The position numbers and the translations under genes are program-made. A DNA stretch of 64,000 nucleotides from Lama glama (taxonomy: Eukaryota). Below the pieces are notes generated by a model, which worked only from the letters and a program-made list of their open reading frames with translations, was not told where the DNA came from and made no database searches. Positions 25,308 to 39,130 of this stretch are shown in pieces (positions within the stretch are counted from its first letter, which is position 1; each line of letters starts with the position of its first letter). The stretch spans positions 36,520,001-36,584,000 of the forward strand of contig CM052816.1 in assembly GCA_028534125.1 (NCBI GenBank). Reading direction: 5' to 3'.

Positions 25308-28300
25308 TTTATTAAATGCTTATTTTAAAGTAATTAAGAAACCAAAATGCATACCATTTAATCCACAGCATAAAACTAATTGTTTGGTATTTTTTTAAAT
25401 GATATTTGTGAATCTCTAGTAATACCTGCTGTATTTTCCAGTGTAATAGGAATGTATTAGTGTGACTATTAACTATATATATGTCGCATTAAAAATTATG
25501 TGATATCTGCATATTAGCTACTGGTTGTTACATTGCTCCTGAAGAATGTATTTTAGGACATATTTGCTGTTGCTTTTTACAATATAAATTGAATAATTCA
25601 GCTTTTTCATTCGCATCAGTCCCCCTGGAATACATACATTGAATTGATTAAGTTTTAAACTACTTTTTTTTATCCTTTAAACAATATTTGAGTTATTTTC
25701 ATTTTATGAAAAATTTGTCAAACTTCCACATTGCTACTGATTTTTTATCTACTACAATTCAACTTAATAGATGTATAATTTACTATAAAATTTACCCTGT
25801 AATATTTAATCTATTTCTCATCCAATTCCAGTATTTTTTAAATGAAAATCATAAAGTCTTTGCATGAGCAAAAGCCTTCTCATTCACTTTTCGCTTTCTC
25901 CTACATTTCCCCATGATGTTACACATTATATAACTTGTAAGGTCGGCCACTGTTCTGAAGTCCCCTGTAATAAGGTACGTTCATTCTTTGTTTTATGATG
26001 CAGTAATTACTTACAGTGCTACAGTTATAATTGTAATGTGAAAAGTGCAAATGTTGCAGGCAAAATGTGCTCTTTGGACACAGTAAGTATGTAGACATGA
26101 TTTGGAGGTTTGTTGGATGAAAAACATTAAATGACAACTCATAACAAAGGAGTCCATATGAGTAGGGCTAACTAGAAAGCAGCAGAAATAAATTATTTTG
26201 ATATAGTTATCATCCTCAAAATGATTTCTAAAGAAATATTGAATTTGTCTCTAGTTTATTCTTTAATAATCTATTTAGTGACCTTATTTTTAGTGTTTTA
26301 TGAAGTACTAGTGGACTCTGCTGTTATAAAAATGAATAACTATATAACGATTGCATAATTTACTGTATATATGTAAAACAGGATCAAGAATTGTGATAAT
26401 TTCAGGTAAAACAATGCACTTGGAGCTTAATCTATAAAAATTAGAATATTTTAATGTGAGGAAAAATAATTACTTTAAAGTCATATCTAGGTTCTTAAAA
26501 TTAATAAAATATATTATACTTCTGTGTAATGCAAGGCAGAATAATGTAGTCAATGGAGCCAAACAATAAATTGAGGAAAATGAGTATTTTTATGTAGAAT
26601 GTATGAATTTTATTTTTTCAGATTTTTTGCTTCATGGTATTGAATCTGTCCTTAATTCTTTTATTAGATTTTGTATCAAAGTAGTCAATGATATTAAGCC
26701 TATAGACTAGTATTTCCACTGTTCTATTTCACTGATGGATACAGTTTAAAGTATTTTAGGAAACAGGTTGAATTTGTCACATGCCTCAGGAGGAAATAAA
26801 TATCTATATAAACAAGCTAAGTTACATGAAATTTTAACAGCCTGAATTATTTACAATAGTCAAACTTTGGTTCCTCATGTGTTGATATGATGGAAGGCTG
26901 TGTTTTTGTATTGTTTTCAAATTGTGCTTTACTTATGTTTCCTCTATTGGTTTAAAAATGATTATTTATCCTTTAGATGTATTAATTGTGCTTCTTAATA
27001 AAAAAAAACATGGCACTAAAATATATTCTATTTCATTGACATGTTCTCTGTACACTAAAATATGCATTTAAACAGCAGTTAGAAATGTCAACTGTATTTG
27101 ACACTGGCCAATTGATGAAAATGATCTGTCCTATTGACTTAACTCCCACAATTAGAACTGTTCACCATGACTGCTGCATAGTGTACTTTTAGCTACAGTG
27201 ACCTGTGCTGTTATAAGAAATGAGTTTTGGAAATGGTCTTTATCCTCTCAAATAAAGTTAGTGCATCCAGATTTGGAAACTGACAGCAGTAATATCCCCA
27301 ACTAAAGCTGGAGCTTAGCCCTGTTATACTTATTAAAAAGCCTATTCATACAAATTAAATCCATTCCATATCCTGGCCTCTGATGACAGCTCCATTTTTT
27401 TCCTTGTCTGGTTTGAATTACCTCAAGTCTGTACCCAGAAAGAATTTATCCCTTTCAAGAGACTTCTCCAAGCCTATAATAAATTCACATGGGTCGTCCC
27501 ATCAATGTAGTGAATTTGCATTATTATTTCATTATAAGTAGGAAAGAAAGCGGATTAGATCTCTTCCAGCATTGGCAGAGCCTAATTCAACCTGAACACA
27601 TGATTAAAGCTGGCATTTATGACTATAACTGTCAAAGAAAACTAATTGTAAACTGAGAGCTGTGGATAATTATGGCTTTTGCTATTAAACCATTTCTCTC
27701 CTATTTATCACAGAACCAACTACGGACTTTACTACTGTTTGCATTTAGTCCTCTGATTCCTATGAACCTACTTATGCAAATGAAAATTGATCTATATTCT
27801 CAAATTGGGGACTTTGTGTAAATTCAAGTTCACTCAGGCTTTAGTGTATATGTTTTGCTTCTTCTTTCCCTTTTAAAATTTTCTTGGAAAAAGCGAAGTA
27901 ACACTAACACTGAGTCCAAGACACTGCATTTTGCATCGTTTTAATTACAGACCTGAAAGGAGTGGCCTGGTAATCAGTTTAACACATATGTTATTTGCAC
28001 TACCTTTCACAAGAGACTTTTAATATTTATCCTCTACTATGTGCAATATATATGCTAAGGCATTCAGACCATGTGCATACATATTTACATATTTTATGTT
28101 TATATTATATGTTTATATATATGAATAACTATGCACATAGAAATACACACATACAAATATACATTTAGAAATATATGGGTACTATACATGCATACATACA
28201 TACATATAGATGTATCCATACACACACATGCATACATACCTACAAATAAATGTATGGTTATATTACTGCTAAACAGTGTCAAGTCCTTAACAATGTAACA

Positions 28301-28319
28301 AATATCTTTGTAATTTTAT

Positions 28320-28522
28320 GGGAAGCTGTATGGAGTTGTGGCTAAACACACAAGCTCTAAAGTTTGTCTACTTTGGGATTCAATTGCAGTTTTACCATTT
28401 ACCAGCCACACACATTTGTACAACTTCCTTATTTTGAAAATGTATAAATATTATGAGATGACTAATTAAATGAAATAATGGTGGTAACTTAACTTGCACA
28501 TAGTAAGTGCTCAATTAATGTA
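28320..28522 (+). mobile_element. MIR SINE
   Basis: gggaagctgtatggagttgtggctaaacacacaagctct...gggattcaattgcagttttaccatttaccagc...gcacatagtaagtgctcaattaatgt. Confidence 0.75.
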
Positions 28523-31109
28523 AGCTTTTAGCTAGTTTTTAAAGATGTTATTATTAAGACTGTGAATCACTGTATGAATTTGTGCAGCAATGTGTTTTAA
28601 GGTAGAAATACAACAATAGTGATAGGTTTAACTCAGTTACGTGCTTCAGTTTTATGGGACAGTTCCAATTCATGAAATTATATTCAACAAAGGCAATTAA
28701 AAGCTTAAGCAGCAGAGTTTAGTTTTTAAAAGTATAAAATTATTTATGAATAATAAATTATACATCAAAGGAAAAATAACTTCTTTTGTTTAGTGTCCTA
28801 ATTTCCAGTTCAGGGAATTATTTCATTGAATCATATGAAATATTACTAATAATTAATGAAATGAACTGTATGTTGACAAGAACAGGCTATTTTTAACATA
28901 TCAAATAGTAGGAAGTGTTGCTATTATGGACTTTAATACAGTTATAGTAGGCACAGGAACACCTGTACTTTCTTTACTCTGTTGAGACATGCATTTTAGG
29001 AAACAAAATGTTTCACTGAAAAAATGCAAAAAGATTTTGAAAATGGGAAGAGTTGTTCAGAATGTTTAGCTCAATTAACAAAATTGTACTTTATCACTTC
29101 TGAGGGTTAATAAAGGTAACATTTTATTCACAGTCACTCAGTAATATTGAAACTGGAACCCATGGGCATGGGATTCTGTAGTGTATCATTTTGATATCTA
29201 ATCTATTCAGTGAATGGTTAAAATCATTAATTTCTACCATGAAAATAATAATATTGTTTATAATCAACTTCAGGAGATATTTATAAAATGTTAAAAATGG
29301 AGACTTTCAGATAAAAAAATGTTTTTCTTATTCTTTTTTTTTTTTTTTAACAAAATAAAGGACCTTTTACAACTGTCTTAGGTTCCATGACCTTACTGAT
29401 AAGTCTTTGCATTTATATAGTACCTTTCCATCTCTATGTGAGACTGTAAATATTTTGGCAGTTACATTAATTATGCACATGCCTTGTGTGTGCCACTTTT
29501 CCAGTTATTATTAGTTCATGAACATTGATCTGTGTTCTATTTAATCTCTGTATTATCACTTAAATGTCCTCTTAAAATGCCACTGAGTCAACATGCCATA
29601 ATGTAGTTAAACTATATACTATTCTTATGAGACGTTCAGGCTGTTTCAAAATTGTTGTATATACAGATCACTAAAAAATCTCTGAATCTCAGAGCATATT
29701 TCTTTCTTTGAATTATTTATTTGGGCTTAATTACTGGAATCAGATTACATTTTAGAAAGGTATGAAATCAATGATGTTTTTAAAAAAATTTTTTGCCATA
29801 TTATTTTTCAAAATGATAGTGTAAGCAATAAGACTTTTCCTAACAGCATTATAGAATCATTTGGTTTTATTTTTATTGTTTTGTTTGTCAATGGTATGCA
29901 AGCATTAAAATGCATTCCTGAATGTTACGTTAAAGACCAAAGATAACAAATAAACAATTATGAAATCAAGTTCATTCTCTGTATACATTAAGTGATATCT
30001 AACTTCTTTAGTTTTTACTTTCTGACAACTTGCACTTTGTTTATCGATCCTGAAGACCACTGATAAATAAATTATGCTTGCATTTCAGATGTCTTAATTT
30101 CATATTAAAAAGACAATCTAATTCAACACTTCAGTTGGAATATTTTTTTAAAAAATAAACCATCACTAAATACAACAATTTAGCTTCTTTAATTGGAGTA
30201 AAAGTGAAAAAGATAAATAAAAATATGCATTTTCTAGTATACTAAAGAACATTTTAGTGTATATATCAAATTATCATTAAAATTAAAGCTTATTAAGTAA
30301 GTAGCTCAAAGAATATACACATATTTTCTAATTCAGATCACAGTATACATAGATAAAAATTATTTACCTAATAAAGCTGGCATCAATTTGAATGAAAAAA
30401 GGATAATTTTTTCACAATAATATTATCATAAATTCTTGTAACTCAGTGATGATTTAGTAATAGAATTTTACTACAAATAATTCTCAGAAGAACTCTGTTT
30501 AAATTTTACACAAGAAATAAATTCCAGGGCAGAATTATATGTTTCTTTCTTGTCTCAAAAACTCTCTAGAATCCTTACTCACTAATATTAAAAAAAAAAA
30601 AAAACTCTGCCAAAATGTTCACAATAGCAGATAAAAGTTGATGAGAATGTTATTAAACACTTGTATGCATATTAAGTAATTTTATTAGATATTGTGTTAG
30701 AAATACAGCCCTTCACCATTTTTATTCATTGATCATCATTAATGATATTGCTATAGAGGAGCAGATTGAGATGCAAGGAAGTTATCAAGTAAAGTAAGGA
30801 TTTAAGGACATAAAAAGGATTAAAAAATAAAAAAAGTTGTAGATTTATTTGTGTTCTCAAGAATATATGAACATAATTTTTCAGAAAGTGTAATAGATAC
30901 AATCAGGGTATTACTAGATTTAAGAGGAGTAATACATCATTGCTCAGCTATAGTCCAAAGTCTGCTTTTACATTATTAAGCAGAAGAAAGTACCTAACCC
31001 AAATGATTGTAAAAAATCCTGAAGCATCTAAATACTGAATGAGATCCTAAGAGTGTAGCAAGTCTTAAAGGATAGTGACTAAAAAAATACTACACACAAG
31101 CACACACAC

Positions 31110-32590
31110 AAACTACAAGAGCTGATAAACAAATTCACAAGCTAGCAGGATACAACATTAACATACAGAAATCTGTTGTATTTCTTTACACTAACAATGA
31201 AATATCAGAAAAGGAAAGTAAAGAAACAATCCCTTTAAAAATTGTATCCAAAAAGAAAAAAATTTAGGAATAAACCTGACCAACGAGGACTTATACGTGG
31301 AAAACTATAAAACATTGATTAAGGAAATTAAAGATGATTTAAAGAAATGGAAAGATATCCCATGCTCTTCGGTTAGAAGAATTAATATTGTTAATATGGC
31401 CAACTACCCAACACAATCTACAGGTTTAATGTGATCCCTATCAAATTACCCAGGACATATTTCACAGAACTAGAACAAATAATCTTAAAATTTATATGGA
31501 ATCACAAAAGACCCAGAATCACCAGGCAATACTGAAGAAAAAGAATGAAGCTGGAGGAATAATGCTTCCAGACTTCAGACAACACTACAGAGCTACAGTA
31601 AAATAGTGTGCTGTTGACACAAAAGCAGACATATGGATCTGTGGAACAGAAGAGAGAGCCCAGAAATAAACCCACACACCTATGGTCAATCTTTGACAAA
31701 GCAGGCAAGAATACACAGTGGAGAAAAGACAGCCTCTTCAGCAAGAGGTATTAGGAAAGCTGAACAGCTGCATGTAAATCAGTGAAGTTACAACACTCCC
31801 TCACAGCATACACAAAAATAAACTCAAAATGGCTTAAAGACTTAAACATAAGACACTATAGATCTCCAAGAACACAGAGAAAACATTCTCTGACAGAAAT
31901 CTCAGCAATGTTTTCCTAGGGCAGTCTACCCAGGCAAAAGAGGTAAAAGCAAAAATAAACAAATAGGACCTAATTAAACTTATAAGCTTTGGCGCAGAAA
32001 GGAAACTATAAAAGAAACAAAAAGACAAAGTGTAGAATGGGAGAAAATATTGAGAAAAGTGCGACTCATAAGGAATTAATTTCCAGAATATACAAAAAGC
32101 TGATACAACTCAGTCAAAAAATGGGCTGAAGGTCTAAATAAATATTTCTCCAGTGAAGATACACAAAATGGCCAATAGGCACATGAAAAAATGCTCAATA
32201 TTGCTAATTATCAGAGAAATGCAAATCAAAACTACAATGAGGTTATCACCTCACACCAGTCAGAATGGCCATCATTCAAAAGTCCACAAACGATAAATGC
32301 TGGAGAGGCTGTGGAGAAAAGGGAACTCTCCTACATTGTTGGTGGAAATGTAGTTTGGTGAAGTCATCATGGAAAACAGTATGGCAATTCCTTAAAAAAT
32401 TAAAAATAAACTCACCAAAAGATTTAGCAATCCCACTCCTAAGCATATATCTAGAAAAAACTCTAATTTGAAAAGTTAAATGCACCCCAATGTTCAAAGC
32501 AGCACTATCTACAAAAGCCAAGACATGGAGGCAACCTAACTGTCCATCAACAGGTGACTGGATAAAGAAGGTGTGGTGTACAGATATATA
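31110..32590 (+). mobile_element. Lineage-specific L1 ORF2 fragment, truncated at both ends
   Basis: Colinear with about 13890-15370 (e.g. aaaaagaatgaagctggaggaataa, [16 protein letters not shown]); stops before the 3' UTR with no poly-A. Confidence 0.95.
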
Positions 32591-32594
32591 GATT

Positions 32595-33130
32595 TGGACA
32601 CGTGGCTGGATATTTGAAGTTACCTAAGCAGAAAACTATCTAAATAAATAGCAAGAGAATACAGGATAAAATTCACTCTGAAGAAAGTAAGAAGTTAAGA
32701 AAATAAAATAAATAATTATATTATGCTCCACGGCTCTGTGGTGGATAGCATTTATATAGTCATCAAACTTTAGATAATGTTCTAACTCAAGATCTGATGT
32801 AATTGTATTAGGAGTGTGGGAGGGAAGTATGCTTGTTTGTCGTGGTAATGAGAGAAGGAAAGAGAAGAGAATAATAATATGAAACTCATATCTCTCTCAA
32901 TGAGAAGTTAATAGAAAATGCAAAAAACCGAAAAATTGGGATGTAATTATATCACAGTGTTATATCTGGATTTGGTGAAACATTTTAAATATTAGCACAA
33001 AGTTGAAAGTTGGTGACTCTGGGGGGGAGGCGTATTACAGAGTTGATGATAAAGATTTTTCATAATAATCTTTATGGAACTATTCGACCCTTCAAACACT
33101 GTGTATATTCAACTGTGATTTAATTAAAAA
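32595..33130 (+). mobile_element. Ancient L1MC-like 3' end
   Basis: gttgaaagttggtgactctggg...ctttatggaactattcgacccttcaaacactgtgtatattcaactgtgatttaattaaaaa. Confidence 0.55.
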
Positions 33131-33159
33131 CACTTGAGTAGGAAAAGTTACACATGCAC

Positions 33160-33400
33160 ACAGTGCAGTACAATGTTTAAGAGTTTTTGCTCCAGAGTCA
33201 GACAGGATAATTCTGGGATAACAAATAACTAATTCCACGATCTTAGACATATTACTTAATTTCTCTGTGAGTCAGTTTCTTGCTTTGAAAAAAAGAGATG
33301 ATACTAGAACCTACCAATCATTTTTATGGCTATTTAATGAAATATTCTGTGTAAAGTGAATGGATCTTCTTGGTATACAGTTAGATGCTACTGTGACTAC
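33160..33400 (+). mobile_element. MIR SINE
   Basis: gagtcagacagg...ttacttaatttctctgtgagtcagtttcttgctttgaaaaaaagagatgatactagaacctacc (MIR core). Confidence 0.7.
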
Positions 33401-33429
33401 TACTACTACTGCTTTCATTATAATATAAA

Positions 33430-33900
33430 CTTCTCCTTCCAGTCCTCTAGTTCTCCAGTTCCCTACCCCAAAAGAAAACTCATAACCTTGTGTGTTATCT
33501 AGAGATAGTTCTTATATATATGAACATTATGTATATAACATTATATAGATTTGTATACATGTATAGGTATATATAAATATATGCCTTTTTTCATTTTATA
33601 AATGGAAACATAATGCAGATAACATTTTTATCTGGCATGTATCACTTAAAATATAATGTATAGCATGTGAACCAAAAGAGATCTATTTTTTTTTAATGCT
33701 GCCAAGTTTTCCATTTCATAAATATACTCTACTTTATCTTCTTTCCTACTGGTGGATATACAGTAGGTTCTAGACTTATATTCTAGGGTAGTAGTGCTAT
33801 AATTTCTCAAATAAGGGAGCACATTGGTAATATAATCTAGAAACTGAATCACTAGGCTAAAATGATACACAGTTTAAAACATTTGAACAAATGCTATTGA
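33430..33900 (-). mobile_element. Ancient L1ME-like 3' region, antisense
   Basis: ttttataaatggaaacataatg...gatctatttttttttaatgctgcc...ttcctactggtggatatacagtaggttctagac. Confidence 0.55.
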
Positions 33901-35589
33901 ATTTTAAGAGTTTTTCAAAGCCCAGAACTTAGCATGTTACCTCCTCTGCCAGCCTTCATAGCCTGAGGACTTACTGAATTAAGTAGTAATTGAGAGAGTG
34001 TATACAGTGATATAATATAGGTGTCCTTTTTCATAAAATCAGGTTAACCCATTTCACCAGGCTGGTGAGAGTTCTTCCATGAGGCAAGAATTGATGAATG
34101 AACAATAATACAATGATGTTCAGGCATTAATTTGCTATTTTAACAATGTTGGTTGAGTACTTTGTGCTGGTGGGTTGTGGTTACAATAAAAAAAAAACAC
34201 AATTTTCCTCAAATTTTCAAAGTTTAAAAGTAGGAGGGAGAGAAGGCTCTAGTCCACTGTGATATAGGGAAAGTTGGAAGTTTATTATATGCTGAAAGTT
34301 TATTAAAAGACATACTTAGAAGCAAAGAAACAAAAATGAAAGAAAAGGGGAGGTTTTCTGTTTTTGCTTGAATTATCTGATTAATTTCATTTCTTTTCTT
34401 TTTTTCCAGCCTAAATGTATCTTAAACACACATATCTTATGAGGTATAAAAATATTTTGTTTAAAGTAATACAATCTGATTCTACTTCATTCCTCCCCCT
34501 CTGCCATTTTGGAATGTTTCCTTTGGGCATTTGTTCTTGTAATTATCTAGAGCACTATACAGGCCTGTGATGCCCGTGAGGATGCTGTAAATGGATGTCC
34601 CTGTCTTCCTAGTAAAATCATTAATCCATCCTTTATGTTGATGTAGTGAAAGAAGCATCAGGCATAGAATGTCTGAGAGCAAAAAGCAAAAGTGTTCAAT
34701 TTATCAAGGTCTAAAATAAACCAAAAGCATGGAATAGAAAAAATATATAATTTAATGAACAAGTGTTTAAATGAGAAATGACTGAGAGTTTTCACTGACA
34801 GAGAAGTTGATGTATTCTCCATCAATTCAAAAAAAATAATTAAGCCTACACTTCCCAGTGAGATTTTCAGACATAAAAGTCAAAAATGAAATATGTCATT
34901 CATGTGCTCACTTTCAGACACAAATTGAGATGATGTCAAATATAACAATAACACTGAAGTTTAAGAGTTCAGGAAGACTTTATATGCAGAAAGTCGGCTG
35001 CTCAGACACAGCTTACAAAATGTTTGTTTGACTTGAAATGGTTTTAAAAATATGCCATCAATTAAAATGCAGGAGACTTTACAGACAGATTGAAATTTCT
35101 GAGTTTTCTTGAACACTCTTGAATAGCTGGTACATTGAACCCAAGCCAGGAAGTGGTACACACTTTCTAGCTTACCACCCTCCTTGTCAATCTGTAATCA
35201 CTCCGTAGCATGAGATCGAGTCTTAGTTCAGCATATAGCACTGTGTTTCCTCTGTTGCTTTTTTTTTTCCCTGGACAACCAAATGTGGAGCATAAAATAG
35301 AAGGTTTCAAGGAAATTAGAGAAGGCACCTTATTGTGGAAATGAAGAATATTCTTACTTTTTAATATATGCAATATGTGTGCCCAGAAGATTTAAGATAG
35401 CATTTTCATAAATTCAGCCAAATTTCATTTATTTTTGACTGGATTCTGTTAGCTTTTGATTTTGAGATACCTTATTTCGGAAGACTTGAATGACACTTTT
35501 GGTTCTAGTTAGGATCATAAATGGCAATGCTAAATTAATTCTAAAGTCTCCCATGCAAAGCAGCTAAAAGAGTAACAATAAAAATCTAG

Positions 35590-36325
35590 TGACTACTTAG
35601 AAAACTAAATGTACTCCTATCCTATAATGTAGCAATAATGCTCATTGGTATTTACCCAAAGGAGTTGGGAACTTAGACGTTCACACAAAACCCTGCATGT
35701 GAATATTTACAGCAGCTTTATTCATAATTATCAAAACTTGGAAGCAATCAAGATGTCTTTCAGTGGATGAATGGGTACATAAAGTGTGGTACATCCAGAC
35801 AATGGAATATTTTTCAGCACTAAAAACAAATGAGCTATCAAACCATAAAAAGACATGGAGGAACCTCAAATACATATTACTAAGTGAAAGAAGACAATCT
35901 GAGAAAACTGGATGATTCCAGCTATATGACATTCTGGAAGAGGCAATAATGATATGGAGACAGTAAAAAGATCAGTGCTTGCCAGTCACTGAGGAGGCAA
36001 GGGAGGGTAGAATTAAGTGGATACAGAAGGTTTTTAGGTGAAAATATGTATGATGCTATAATGATGAATACAAGTCATTATATGTTTACTCAAACCCAAA
36101 GAACACACAACACCAAGAGTGAACCCTAATATAAACCACAGACTCTGGGCAATTACAATATGTAAGTGTGGGCTCATCAACTGCAACAAATGTATAACTC
36201 TGGTGGGGTTATCAATAATGGTGGAGGCTATGCATGTGTGATGGCAGGGAGTATACAGGAAATCTCTGTACCTTGCTGTCAATTTTGCTGTGACCCTAAA
36301 GCTGCTCTAAAAATTATCATTGAAA
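35590..36325 (+). mobile_element. L1MC1-like 3' end
   Basis: ggtatttacccaaaggagttg, tatgacattctggaagaggca, acaacaccaagagtgaaccctaat, gaaatctctgtaccttgctgtcaattttgctgtgaccctaaagctgctctaaaaa. Confidence 0.85.
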
Positions 36326-37169
36326 AACAAACACAAACAGTGAGAGCATTTTCAATGCAATAAGTCAAGTCAAAAAAATTCAGAACTCCAATTACTGTTG
36401 AGTGATACCTAAAGCATCTGAGACAAAAGGAACTATTTTTGAAAGCCTGTGCAAATTATAATAATTCTGTGGGGAAGAGCTGGGAGTGTGGATGGGCTCT
36501 TCTAATGGTAGATCTCAGAAGTCTTCAGTAAATATTCATTCTCAGAAGGGACATCCATTCTGACAGGGAATCACTCTAAGCAAAATTGATATGGTAAAGA
36601 CCAGAGATGGTCTAGAGATGGTAGATGTCAGAGTGCAGCAAAATAAACCTTGTAAAACAAATGTATCATCCAGGAAGACAAGTGCTATCATCCCTAGGTC
36701 TAGCAGTCTAAGAACCCAGAGAGATGCAGGATTCTGGAAAAGCCCTCTTGAACAAGATCAGGTTCTATGAGGTCCCACTATACAGAAATACCATGATTTA
36801 CAACAGTTTATTAATAGAGTCAGAGAAAATGAAGCCTTATACAAGACGCCTGAAGAAATAATAAACATATTTTATGCTATACATATATAATATAAAAATA
36901 ATACATATACAATATAAATATATGTATACACACACATACAGAGAGAGAGAGAGAGAAAGAGAATCAATTTCTACTGAAACATTTTTTCAAAGCAATAACC
37001 ATTCTCTCCCTCAAAAGCTCTAACCTCACTTGGTTTTACAAGATACACTGTGAAATATTTAAAGAGCATAAAAGATCACTTAGACATAGAAAATAAAGAA
37101 AATTTCTGAAATCTCACAATTATAAATTGGATAATTTTTTTATTTTAATGCAAAAACTTTTAAAAAGTC

Positions 37170-37755
37170 AAATATATGAGTAATATGAAAACTTAAATGT
37201 CTGTTGATGGGTGAATGGATTGAAAAAACAGTCACATATGCAATGAAATATTATTAATCCTTAAAAAAGGATATTCTGCCATTTGCAACAACATAGATGA
37301 ACCCGTGGGACATTTTGCTTAGTGAAATAAGTCAGATGTAAAAAGACAAATACTGCATGATCTTGCTTTTATGTGAATTCTAAAATAGCCAAATTAATAG
37401 AAGCAGAGAGTAGACTGATGGTTGCCAGGAGCTGGAGGAAGGGGGAAATGAGAAGATGTTGGTCAGGGAATACATCATTTCACTTATGCAAGATGAATAA
37501 ATTCTAGAGATCTAATGTACAGTGCTACACTTACAGTTAACAATATTGTATTTCATACTGAAAATTTGCAAAGACATTAGATCTTAAGTGTTCTCAACAT
37601 ATACACAAAAAGATGTTAACTAAATAAGGAAATGTTATGTTAATTACCTTGATTGTGGTGACTAGCTCACAATGCACATAAAATCATCAAGTTGTACACC
37701 TTAAATATAAACAATTTTAATTGACAGTTATACCTCAATAAAACTGTAAAAATAA
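37170..37755 (+). mobile_element. L1MA9-like 3' end
   Basis: gccatttgcaacaacatagatgaacc...gaagcagagagtagactgatggttgccagg...gatgaataaattctagagatctaatgtacag...ttatacctcaataaaactg. Confidence 0.85.
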
Positions 37756-37779
37756 GTAATGGGTTTTGATGTAATAATA

Positions 37780-38240
37780 CTCAACAAAAAATGAGGAGAA
37801 ATTAAGAGCAAAATATAATTTAGTGAGGTTTATCCCAAGACTAGCCTAGTTCACTATTAAAGCTATATATTAACATAATTTACCAAAATATCATTTGAGC
37901 ATTTCCACAGATGCTGAAAATTCTTTTGAAAAAGTTCAATTCTCTGACTTATTTAAAGAAAACTCAAATGGCCAACAGGCACATGAAAAAATTCTCAATA
38001 GTGCTAATTGTCAGAGAAATGCAAATCAAAACTACATGAGGTATCATCTCACACCAGCCAGAATGGCCATCATTAAAAAGTCCACAAATGATACATGCTG
38101 GAGAGAGTGTGGAGAAAAGGGAACTCTCCTACACTGTTGGTGGGAATGTAATTTGGTACAGCCATTATGGAAAACAGTATGGAGAGTCCTCAAAAAACTA
38201 AAAATAGATTTACTGGGCATATATCTTAAAGAAATATATA

Positions 38241-38298
<58 letters not shown>

Positions 38299-39130
38299 TG
38301 TATGTGTGTGTATATATATATATAATGACAGTATAATAAAAATACACATTTTATATATACACGCATGTATGTATATATATATGACACATTATGCTGTATA
38401 CCAGAAAATGACAACATTTTAAACTGACTATACTTTAATACAAAAAGAAAAAGAAAGAAATAAAAAAACTAAAAACATTGAAAAAATAGGAATAGACAAA
38501 TGTTTTCTTAGTATGATAAAATGTATTAATATGGCAATATTTAGAAATTTAAAGATACATTCACCATACGACATAGTAATTCCACCTCAAGTTATAGACC
38601 ACAGAAAAATATCTTACATATTTGTACTCGGAGATATAGACAAGAATGTTTCCAGTAGTAGTGTTTTTAAATAGTGAAAAAAAAAACAATGGAAACAACT
38701 TACATGTCCATCAGCAGGAGGATGGATATATAAATTGCAGTTATTCATATAATGAATTTATACAGAAAAGTAAAGTATTTATTGTTTATGTAATAATATA
38801 ACTAAAATCTCAGACATGTAATATTGAACAAAAACAGAGTTGTATAATAGTACGTATATGATAGATTTTATAAAATATATTTATATAAAACAATAATATA
38901 TACATTTTGTATATACATGCTTTTCAGAAAAAAATTTTAAAAGAAAGAGGAGAAATGACAATATCCAAATTTTTGAAAGTGGTTAAATATTATGGGAGGA
39001 GGAGGGGAATGAAATTTATGAGAGCAACATAAATGGTTTCAACATTTGTGTAAGCTGGCTTGGGGATATATAGGTTTCTTATACAAATTTTTAATGTTAA
39101 AGATATCTGATATATTTCAAAATAATTTTT
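37780..39130 (+). mobile_element. Ancient L1M/L1ME fragments interrupted by a younger L1
   Basis: RT-like ttccacagatgctgaaaattcttttgaaaaagttcaa near 37900-37940 resumes after the young insert (aaaaataggaatagacaaatgttttcttagtatgataaa), followed by an L1ME-like 3' region. Confidence 0.55.
37965..38462 (+). mobile_element. Lineage-specific L1 3' fragment with an internal deletion occupied by a TG/TA microsatellite
   Basis: ORF2 C-terminal part ([29 protein letters not shown]) at 37965-38225, microsatellite at 38235-38381, terminal 3' UTR and A-tail at 38382-38462. Confidence 0.88.

Noticed and set aside
37895..38422. 175-aa ORF
   Set aside because: Chimeric read-through of old L1, young L1 and a stop-free TA/TG microsatellite
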